Assembly: GCA_963802145.1 (NCBI GenBank)
Contig: CAWDHN010000006.1
Location: 7,434 to 71,433, forward strand
Length of the DNA stretch: 64,000 nt
Direction: 5' to 3'
Source of the DNA: an uncultured Rikenellaceae bacterium
GTDB lineage: Bacteria; Bacteroidota; Bacteroidia; Bacteroidales; VadinHA17
The notes below the pieces were generated by a model. The model searched no databases. It worked only from the letters and a program-made list of their open reading frames with translations, and had not been told where the DNA came from. The translations under genes and the position numbers were made by a program. The first letter of the stretch is position 1; every line of letters starts with the position of its first letter. Below, in pieces: positions 56,745 to 64,000 of this stretch.

Positions 56745-57893
56745 CTAAAGGCTCCTGCCTCTCTGCATGTCACGTGCCAGTGTCCGAAGTGCCTCAGTCA
56801 GCTTGTCCCATGAGTAGGACTTTTTCTGTTCTTCAATGCCGGCCATGAATCTATCCTCGTCTCCGCTGAAAAAGTCATTCATTGCCTTTGCTATGGCTCC
56901 CGGCTCCGGGGCAACCACATAGCCGCATTTCCCGTCAGGCACTATCTCCGCCAGTCCTCCCACGTCAGTGACAACCATCGGTTTGTTGAAGTGATAGGCC
57001 ACCTGCGTGACACCGCTCTGTGTCGCGCTGCGATAGGGCTGGACCACCAGCGAGGCTGCCGAGAAATAATACCTCACCTCCTCGTCACTTATGAAGTGGG
57101 AGTGCAGGTTTATGCTATCGGCAATGTCCAGTTTATGTATCAGATCGAAATAGGGCTTCTCATCCTCATAAAACTCCCCGGCCACTATCAGTTTGATTCC
57201 CAGGCTACGGATGTCAGGGTCAGCCATCGCTTTCAGCAGAAGGTCAAGACCCTTGTACTGCCTGATAAACCCGAAGAAGAGAATGTATCTGTAGGCAGGA
57301 CAGAGTTTCAGGTGCACAATGGCCTCCGCCCGTGAGACCGGCTCACTGTAGTTGTCGAAGAGGGGATGGGGTGAGATGACGCACGGCATGGTCCTGGTAA
57401 ACTGCCTCAGTTCGTTTTCCACCGATCTCGTCATCACCAGGGCCCCGTGGATGCTCTTTATGAAGAAACGGGTAAGAATCCTGTCACCGAAGTGTTTCTC
57501 ATGAGGCACCACATTATCAAAGATGGTAACTATCTTGGTATGCCCGTTGCTCCTTATGATGCGTGCAATGAATCCCAGGGCCGGAGCCAGGAAGGGAAGC
57601 CAGTAACGCATTATAATCAGGTCAGGCCTGGTGCGTCGCAGCCTGAGGCCGATGGTGAACCAGTTCAGCGGGTTGACAGAGTTGATGGCACGGGTTATCG
57701 TCACCCCCTCAGGGGCATAGCCATCATCATACTGTGTCTTCCCCGGGAAAAGAAAAGATGGGTACTGCAGCTTAAAGGTATAGATGGCAGCGGCATCCCC
57801 CTCCTGAAGGAACTGCTGTGCCAGCCTCTCGTTATATACTGCGATGCCGCCGCGGTAAGGATGCGCCGGCCCGCAGATGACAATACGCATCAT
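56745..57893 (-). CDS. Family 4 (GT-B, group 1) glycosyltransferase
   Basis: 382 aa. The C-terminal half has the GT4 pattern (LIVAGEF..., VQPYRSATQSGV). It overlaps the upstream gene by 4 bp. Confidence 0.8.
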   Translation of the reverse strand: MMRIVICGPAHPYRGGIAVYNERLAQQFLQEGDAAAIYTFKLQYPSFLFPGKTQYDDGYAPEGVTITRAINSVNPLNWFTIGLRLRRTRPDLIIMRYWLPFLAPALGFIARIIRSNGHTKIVTIFDNVVPHEKHFGDRILTRFFIKSIHGALVMTRSVENELRQFTRTMPCVISPHPLFDNYSEPVSRAEAIVHLKLCPAYRYILFFGFIRQYKGLDLLLKAMADPDIRSLGIKLIVAGEFYEDEKPYFDLIHKLDIADSINLHSHFISDEEVRYYFSAASLVVQPYRSATQSGVTQVAYHFNKPMVVTDVGGLAEIVPDGKCGYVVAPEPGAIAKAMNDFFSGDEDRFMAGIEEQKKSYSWDKLTEALRTLARDMQRGRSL

Positions 57894-59125
57894 GACTTTG
57901 TTCTCCCTGAATTGACCCAGTCAGTCAGATAAAGGTACTGCGGCTCCAGCCTGCCTCCGCTGGTGATGGTAGCACGCTGTATCATCGGCGAATCATTGTC
58001 GAGGAACAGGTCATGCAGCACATGCTCTGTCAGCTGCTTGCCGAAATCGCTGGAGGCATCCCTTGGCAGCTCACCGGGAAGGTTGTCTATTGACATGACG
58101 GTGATATTGTCAGGGTGTTTGAACGCATCCTCCTCACAGTGACGGTTGCGGTTGTAGCTATAGAAGGGATCCGCTATGGTGGTCGCCCTCAGTGTCGTTG
58201 GAATAGGTCCGTCGATGTCACAGCTTATGTCTCCGATGACCGATATCCTGAAGTCCGGCCTCTCAAGATCCTCACGGGTAAAGAAGACGGGCGATTTCGG
58301 ATCCCAGAAGTGCGCTGCGATCAGAACGTCAGTCACCTTTGTGTATTTAAGGAAATCCGAAAGGTAATCTTCGGGATGATAGACGAAGTTATTGAAATCG
58401 AACGGCCGGCCGTCTGTGTGCTTCACATAGTGCTGCGGGCCTATCTGGCAGACGACAGGTATATCATACTCCTTCGTAAGGAAGTCCTCATGCGATACCT
58501 TCAGCAGGTTAGAGCAGTTGGCCAGGGTCTCCATGGCACCTGAGGCCACCCTTCCCTCGCCCGTGACAAGGATCTTCAGTCCGGGCTTGAGTTGTATCAG
58601 TCTGAGGCCTGCCCACATCTCATCAAGGTCACGGCACTGATAAGCCGGTTTGAGCTTGAACCTGTTTGTCTTGATCCCTCTGGCTCGCAGCGCATTATAA
58701 GCGCCTACTATCCCTGCCCAGCGGCCGAAGGCAACCACTCTCTGGCCCTTGTCGGTAGTGAGATACTCATAATCGATTATCCTGACCTTCTTATCAAGTA
58801 TCTCGAGAAGCATCTCGCGGTTATGATCCTGTTTCTTCGCCACATGTGCAAAGAAGATATAGGTCTTACCCGGGATAAAGACTCTTTTATCGACCTCCTT
58901 CACACCCATGAGTATGTCGCAGTTGCTAAGGTCCTCGCGCAGCGGTATTTTCAGGTACTTATACTCTTCATCGGTATAACATCTGATGTCTGAGGGCTGA
59001 ACGAAGAATTCGACGAACGGATAGCGCTCCCTGAGTTCCACTATCTGTGCCGGGGTAAGGGGTACCCTTCTGTCAGGCGGGATCTTCGTTTCCCGTAAAA
59101 TGCCAATCCTGAGTTCTTTTTTCAT
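57890..59125 (-). CDS. Alanine dehydrogenase/PNT-domain oxidoreductase (saccharopine dehydrogenase/lysine-ketoglutarate reductase-like)
   Basis: 411 aa. The N-terminus IGILRETKIPPDRRVPLTPAQ and the Rossmann motif ILVTGEGRVASGA resemble the LKR/SDH N-terminal module. Confidence 0.55.
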   Translation of the reverse strand: MKKELRIGILRETKIPPDRRVPLTPAQIVELRERYPFVEFFVQPSDIRCYTDEEYKYLKIPLREDLSNCDILMGVKEVDKRVFIPGKTYIFFAHVAKKQDHNREMLLEILDKKVRIIDYEYLTTDKGQRVVAFGRWAGIVGAYNALRARGIKTNRFKLKPAYQCRDLDEMWAGLRLIQLKPGLKILVTGEGRVASGAMETLANCSNLLKVSHEDFLTKEYDIPVVCQIGPQHYVKHTDGRPFDFNNFVYHPEDYLSDFLKYTKVTDVLIAAHFWDPKSPVFFTREDLERPDFRISVIGDISCDIDGPIPTTLRATTIADPFYSYNRNRHCEEDAFKHPDNITVMSIDNLPGELPRDASSDFGKQLTEHVLHDLFLDNDSPMIQRATITSGGRLEPQYLYLTDWVNSGRTKS

Positions 59126-59166
59126 ATGGAACGAATTTCTTGCTTCAAGCCATAAAATTATTCAAA

Positions 59167-61647
59167 TTAATCTGATAAAAGTTGATTCGCGGCCAGTACA
59201 AGGAACATAAAATTGGTTGCGCCTCCCCCCATGACATATTCCTGCTGCTGCCACAAATACGGCCAGTCAAGTAATTCCGGAAAATCGGGACGTATAAGCG
59301 CTGTTCCTGAAGAAACACCACCCGGGATATATGACCAGTCTGCCCTGTTAATTCCATAGGCTACCGTGGTTGATCTGGCGCCCACTCCCGAAGCAAAAGA
59401 TGCTGTGTTAATTCCGGGATGGACACCCAGGATGAAGTTCAGGGCATTATAGATATAATCAGCCGGGAAAACATCAGGAAAACCTTTGTGAAGGAAATAC
59501 TGACGTACACCGAAGCTCTGTATGTCCCAGCCTGCTCCCCAGATATTCGGGCGATAGGGAACTCCAAAAGGAGTTTCTTTCCCCTGCCTGGTTATTTCGG
59601 AAGAGAATTCTCTTGCGGCTGCGGTCAGAGATTGCGTAAAAACAGCATCATTTATCTTTGGAAGGACAGGTGCCAGATGCCATCCAATGGTCCTGAACTC
59701 TTTAACGATCAATGATTTATTTTCAAGAATATAATCCTTATAGCTCCTTTTGCCTGTAGTCAGGAAAAGCTCGGCAGCAGCATGGATTTTTGCTGTGGTG
59801 GCACGCTCTGTGAGTGTCTGATCGTGTCCGAAGATTGCTTCGGCAATTTCCAGACACTGAAGGCTCAGTGTATCGTTAAATCCCTTCAATACCCTTGAAG
59901 CTGCCGCCAGGTGAGCGGCGGTCGTCAGTTCCCTTGGCGGGTTATTTTCCGTAAACACCCATCGGTCATCAGCCAGTGAAGAATGGGTTGCAGTCGTTTC
60001 GCCTGTTTTCAGATCGTCGCTGAAAATCAGTCCGTCAGTCATATTAATACCATCTCCAAGCAAGGTGTACTGACGTAATGTGGGACAGATAATTCCCCTG
60101 TAGAGTCTCCCCAGATTCCGGTATCCGCCCACAACCGAAAGCGCACCATGTTCAATCTGCTGAAGGATGTCAGGCTTTCCGTCAGGCTGGTGTATCTCCA
60201 CGATCCGGGAATGCTGGTCGACGGATGTTTCATCATAATTTATGCTGAAAGCCTCATAAGCCTGTGTAAGAATGTAAACTTCACCGCTCTGCGATTCAAC
60301 TCTCAGGTCGTAATCGCCTGCATCATGCCATCCGCCGGTATTAAGACCGGGAACATGTTCACCTGGTTTATAGGAAGTTAATGTGGACTCTCCCTGGAGA
60401 TACCCGTCAAAATGGTTTGTGTCGGCAGGCGCCATGCGCGCATCGTCCATATGACACAAGCCATGCCATACACGGTACTTTTCATTTACTCTCATGTGGC
60501 ACATCTGTACCGGGAGAAAATATTCCAGTGTCGGCTGCCAGACATTCCGTTCAAAAACATCATCGGCGATACGGAATGGCTGAGATGTCTGATCCCCGTA
60601 TTTGACAAGATACATTCCGGGAGCTTTGACAGATGAAAAATCAAAGCTTAAATAATTGTATCTTAAGAACTTACCCCATTCAAAGGGCTTATCGTATCTG
60701 ACTGTTTGCTGTTTACCGTCTGCATCAATACGGACCAGCTTAACCGTATCCCTTTTAAGGTCGTTTTTATCGAGTTCGACAAGCGCAAGTTTTTGTTGCA
60801 AAGGATGATACCCGATCTGGGAAACATGGATGACAGGGTCGGCAATCCATCCGCTGATGCTATTTGGTGTGATAATCCATTCAACGGCTTTTTGTGTTGT
60901 ACCGGCAGCTATGGGTGTCCTTACTATAAACCAGCCATTGTTATGCAGATAACGACCGTCAATCAGCTGAAGAGTGCCTGATGCGGAACGGATTGTCAGT
61001 CTCAGGTTCTCATCTTCCGGAGCAACGACAAGCTGCTGACCGCTTGCCATTGGTTCCGCAGCAACAATATCTCCTCTTTTATCATACATTGCGGGTCCGT
61101 TGACCTGTCGGGGAAATATTCCGGACTGGTCATCAATCATCCATGTTTTTCCAAACAGGGCACCTGGAAACAGCTCCAGGTTAAATCCGACTTTGCCAAT
61201 GAATTCATCCGGCAAAGGCCGGTCAAGGTCGACTGTGACGATAACAGATCCGCCTTCAGCACGGGTTTTAACCGTGTAGTTGAAATAAAGCTCGGGATAT
61301 ATTATGGGATTAAACCCTGTGCGGTTGTTAGCCGAATCGGGATAAGTAAGGTATGCGGTTATCAATTGGTCAGATTTATCCGTTACCCGTTTTTGCTGTT
61401 TCGGTGTCGGCTGCCACTGTCCCGGAGCCTCGTCCAGCCTCAGATCGCCATTGGCTGCAATTCTGATTCCATGCATGATAACTGTTACACCTCCCTGGTG
61501 CCCTGAAGGGTAAAAGTCACTGAAGGCCATCACGCTGACTCCGCTGTTCTCGAAATATTCCTGGTCGTTAAGCCGGAACTGGCCTTTTTGTGCAGATCCG
61601 TTGATTGAGATCATCAGCAGGCAAGCGACTGTCAGAATCCTATTCAT
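59167..61647 (-). CDS. Secreted glycoside hydrolase family 9 protein with an N-terminal Ig-like domain
   Basis: 826 aa with a signal peptide (MNRILTVACLLMISINGSAQ). It has the GH9 signature GGWHDAGDYDLRV and an (alpha/alpha)6-like C-terminal part. Confidence 0.7.
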   Translation of the reverse strand: MNRILTVACLLMISINGSAQKGQFRLNDQEYFENSGVSVMAFSDFYPSGHQGGVTVIMHGIRIAANGDLRLDEAPGQWQPTPKQQKRVTDKSDQLITAYLTYPDSANNRTGFNPIIYPELYFNYTVKTRAEGGSVIVTVDLDRPLPDEFIGKVGFNLELFPGALFGKTWMIDDQSGIFPRQVNGPAMYDKRGDIVAAEPMASGQQLVVAPEDENLRLTIRSASGTLQLIDGRYLHNNGWFIVRTPIAAGTTQKAVEWIITPNSISGWIADPVIHVSQIGYHPLQQKLALVELDKNDLKRDTVKLVRIDADGKQQTVRYDKPFEWGKFLRYNYLSFDFSSVKAPGMYLVKYGDQTSQPFRIADDVFERNVWQPTLEYFLPVQMCHMRVNEKYRVWHGLCHMDDARMAPADTNHFDGYLQGESTLTSYKPGEHVPGLNTGGWHDAGDYDLRVESQSGEVYILTQAYEAFSINYDETSVDQHSRIVEIHQPDGKPDILQQIEHGALSVVGGYRNLGRLYRGIICPTLRQYTLLGDGINMTDGLIFSDDLKTGETTATHSSLADDRWVFTENNPPRELTTAAHLAAASRVLKGFNDTLSLQCLEIAEAIFGHDQTLTERATTAKIHAAAELFLTTGKRSYKDYILENKSLIVKEFRTIGWHLAPVLPKINDAVFTQSLTAAAREFSSEITRQGKETPFGVPYRPNIWGAGWDIQSFGVRQYFLHKGFPDVFPADYIYNALNFILGVHPGINTASFASGVGARSTTVAYGINRADWSYIPGGVSSGTALIRPDFPELLDWPYLWQQQEYVMGGGATNFMFLVLAANQLLSD

Positions 61648-61792
61648 GTTTCAATTTCAAATTAGTGATTAGTACTGTTGATTATTCCGGGGAACCCGGG
61701 GTGATTAAGGAATTGCCCTTCATCTTAATTTGTGAATATAATTAAACCTGTCTGATTTTTGAGAAATATAGCCCGGTTCTTTTACAATGTAG

Positions 61793-61800
61793 TATCTTTG
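61793..61800 (+). promoter_or_regulatory. -7 box (TATCTTTG) upstream of tmRNA
   Basis: It matches TAnnTTTG, 14 nt upstream of the mature 5' GGGGCUG. Confidence 0.45.
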
Positions 61801-61814
61801 CATTTCATATCAAT

Positions 61815-62208
61815 GGGGCTGACCTGGTTTTGACAGCAAGCCGCGGTGGTATGTAAGCATGCAGAGTAGGGTGACGCATCTCTTTAACTTGTGTCACAAA
61901 ACAACAACAGGCGAGAATAACTACGCTCTTGCTGCGTAACTGAACTAAGTAGGTTATGCTTAATCCCGGCACAAGGTGCCGGGACGAGACGTTTCCCGGG
62001 CGGTGATGCCCAGTACCAACCCGATCAGGAAGCGCACGCAATTCAGGGATAGCCTGATGGTCTCTCCGGCCTGACGGTGAAATTAAAGGAGATAAGGTGT
62101 GATTCGGCTGTCTGCCACCTGGTCACACCCGACAATCAAGGCAGGATAAGCATGTAGAAAGCATATGGTCGCCTTGCCTGGACGCGGGTTCGACTCCCGC
62201 CAGCTCCA
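61815..62208 (+). ncRNA. ssrA: Transfer-messenger RNA (tmRNA)
   Basis: 5' GGGGCTGAC pairs with 3' CAGCTCCA. The T-arm is GGGTTCGACTCCC. The tag reading frame at 61910-61939 (GGCGAGAATAACTACGCTCTTGCTGCGTAA) encodes GENNYALAA, the Bacteroidota-type tag. Confidence 0.93.
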
Positions 62209-62228
62209 CGATCAAGCAGAAAACAAGC

Positions 62229-62254
62229 ACCCCCGAAAGGGGGTTTTTGTTTTT
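62229..62254 (+). terminator. Intrinsic terminator after ssrA
   Basis: ACCCCC-GAAA-GGGGGT followed by TTTTGTTTTT. Confidence 0.85.
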
Positions 62255-62581
62255 GAAAAGACCCGAAGAAAGCTCGCTTTCTGAAGGGGATTTGAGAAAA
62301 CAAAAAGCCATGCGCAGCATGGGGCTTGTTTTCTATTTGCAGGACTGGAGCCCAGGGAGAGCGATCCCGGCCGATCAAGGGGAGGTCGGGAGAACACCCC
62401 CGCCTGATTTCGCAAGGCTGATTTTCATTACGGGAGTTAAGGGAGGGCCGATCCCGGCCTGCAATATCAATAGGCGCCTTTTCAAAATATACGGATATTC
62501 GTCAATCACGGAGTTCATTTACTTTTGCAAGGGTGTTTCTCGGAATCGTAAGCTTAATACCGCAGTGAAAGTGTTTGCCAG

Positions 62582-62616
62582 AGACTGCTTTCATGCAGTC
62601 TTTTCTTGCTTTTTTC
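62582..62616 (+). terminator. Terminator-like hairpin in the non-coding stretch
   Basis: AGACTGC-TTTCAT-GCAGTCT followed by TTTCTTGCTTTTTTC. Confidence 0.5.
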
Positions 62617-62680
62617 TGGAAGGTTTCTTATCTTTGTTTCAATCCATTATATATGGAGGTGGAGGGTTGTAAGGCCCTTG

Positions 62681-62706
62681 CCCCGGAAACGGGGTTTTTT
62701 GTTTTT
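62681..62706 (+). terminator. Terminator-like hairpin in the non-coding stretch
   Basis: CCCCG-GAAA-CGGGG followed by TTTTTTGTTTTT. The tail is almost identical to the tail of the ssrA terminator. Confidence 0.65.
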
Positions 62707-63017
62707 CCTACTTTGATTACCCGTTTGCAGCAAACAAGTTTTCTGATTTCTTACTCCTTATTTCCTGCATTTGCCTTAACCTGCCACAGCTTGCCGTGGA
62801 AATCAGGGTTTAATTCGGAAGAGGTACTCCATATATCTGCATAAATATTATTCAATTAGTCAAGGATTACTAAGTACGGCAAATTGAATTTGTAATTCAT
62901 TTTAAAAATTATAATTAAATTTGATATTCTCGCGTGAAACATTAATGAAATAATAGGGTTCCTGTCTTCTTTAAGGAGTTAAAAAAATTTTGATAGTTTA
63001 GCTATACCTAAACATTT

Positions 63018-63410
63018 ATGCGTAAATTTGCGTTAATAAGAATAGAACAGGTTAAAGGGAAGCTTCAATTTTTTAAACTTCAGACTGACGGAATTTGTGA
63101 ATTTGATCAATTCTGTGAGTCTTTAGAGAGAACCGGCAACAAAAAACAGCTAAGTACTATATATGCAATAATGGATTTAGTTGCTAACCTTCATTATATG
63201 CCAAAAAGCAAGTACAGGGAACTGAAGGGCAGGAGAAAAAGTGACAAAGTCAAGGATTTTGAAATTAAGAAAGATGACATAAGGATTTATCTCTTTAAAG
63301 ACCAGTCAGGGAATATTGTAGTTTTTGGAGGGTTCAAAAGAAATCAGACTGAGGATATTACAAGATTAAGAAGAATTAAAAGTGAATTTGTAAACCAGAT
63401 CAGCAAATGA
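63018..63410 (+). CDS. RelE/ParE-superfamily toxin (HigB / phage Gp49-like)
   Basis: 130 aa. The C-terminal part (DFEIKKDDIRIYLFKDQSGNIVVFGGFKRNQTEDITRL) resembles Gp49/HigB-type toxins. It overlaps a downstream HTH gene by 4 bp (ATGA) and lies in AT-rich DNA. Confidence 0.6.
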   Translation: MRKFALIRIEQVKGKLQFFKLQTDGICEFDQFCESLERTGNKKQLSTIYAIMDLVANLHYMPKSKYRELKGRRKSDKVKDFEIKKDDIRIYLFKDQSGNIVVFGGFKRNQTEDITRLRRIKSEFVNQISK

Positions 63411-63928
63411 TGACCAGAGAAGACTTATTAAAAAGCAGCGATTACTGGATTGAAATAATTCAGAATAAAATATTCAGTGATTTAATTGAATATATTGAAG
63501 ATAACAATATTTCAAATGAGCAATTACGTGAAATACTTGGGGTCTCGAAGGGAAGGGTATCTCAAATTAAAAGTGGTAATAACCTAAATTTCAGGATTGA
63601 CTCCTTGGTCAAGTTATGTATCTCAATAAATAAAATTCCTGATTTTCAGCTTGTCGATATAACAGAGTTTATAAAAAGGGAAGAAGAGAGTTCAATGTCG
63701 CTTGTTTTCAAGGAGACTAAACATATTCAAAAACCGGCTGATGAGATGATCCGGTACAAGCAGGGCTTGAAATATAGTAAGATCTATCTTCCAATTGATA
63801 CGACTAAAAGACTTGAGCCGGTTTTAATTTCATCAGAAATCCTGAAGAAATTCAGATGTCTTGATATACTCTTTGCAATAGACCGAATTTGCAAGATAAT
63901 AGATGTCATAAAAATGCCTTACTTTTGA
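63407..63928 (+). CDS. XRE-family HTH protein, putative cognate antitoxin with a C-terminal extension of about 100 aa
   Basis: 173 aa. The HTH motif is LREILGVSKGRVSQIKSGNNLNFRIDSLVKL. It is translationally coupled to the toxin-like gene. Confidence 0.6.
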   Translation: MMTREDLLKSSDYWIEIIQNKIFSDLIEYIEDNNISNEQLREILGVSKGRVSQIKSGNNLNFRIDSLVKLCISINKIPDFQLVDITEFIKREEESSMSLVFKETKHIQKPADEMIRYKQGLKYSKIYLPIDTTKRLEPVLISSEILKKFRCLDILFAIDRICKIIDVIKMPYF

Positions 63929-64000
63929 CCAATCCTCTCAATACCATCATCAAAACACGATAGCCTGATAAAGAAAGGATCTGAAGTCTCTGTCAGGGTT

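Noticed and set aside
62247-62844. 141-aa and 89-aa plus-strand ORFs downstream of ssrA
   Set aside because: They span terminator hairpins and repeat remnants, have an odd composition and no start context. I treated the region as non-coding.
62209-64000. Direct repeat of the ssrA 3' end (attL/attR duplication) expected for an integrated island
   Set aside because: I could not find a second copy of GGTTCGACTCCCGCCAGCTCCA in the visible 1.8 kb. If an attR exists it is beyond the window, so the island call remains an inference.

Overview
This looks like a chromosomal segment from a Bacteroidota genome. Supporting this are the GENNYALAA tmRNA tag, TAnnTTTG -7 promoter boxes, a short primary sigma factor of about 289 aa, a PorT-like gene, and a Rho with a large Q/P-rich insert. 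The first 15 kb is the conserved minus-strand translation/transcription cluster: rpsU, xerC-like, hpf, four tRNAs, tuf, tRNA-Trp, secE, nusG, rplK, rplA, rplJ, rplL, rpoB, rpoC and a DUF3467 gene. The rest is mostly housekeeping: ComEA-like and ComEC-like proteins, a BamA/TamA-like OMP, a TrmH methyltransferase, ubiE plus a PorT-like gene, a tricorn-like protease, msrBA, gap, a blaI/blaR1-like pair, miaA, rpe, rpoD, rho, nifJ, ruvX, def, trkA, tsaC, SRP RNA, glycosyltransferases and a GH9 hydrolase. At about 61.8 kb there is a tmRNA gene. It is followed by roughly 600 bp of hairpin-rich non-coding DNA and then a visibly AT-rich segment that opens with a RelE/HigB-like plus HTH pair, probably the edge of an integrated island that runs off the window. 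I found no defence or CRISPR system. The most unusual signal is non-coding: a mosaic family of intergenic elements at gene 3' ends, at least seven loci in the window. They are built from inverted heptamer arrays, (GCGATTT)n/(AAATCGC)n and (CAGTCNN)n, a nonamer array, and a conserved core of about 60 nt with two hairpins that shows one compensatory base-pair change between its two copies. Three full copies start 0 to 12 nt after a stop codon, always in the same orientation relative to the upstream gene. I do not recognise this family. All calls rest on reading the sequence and ORF translations by eye; no searches were run.
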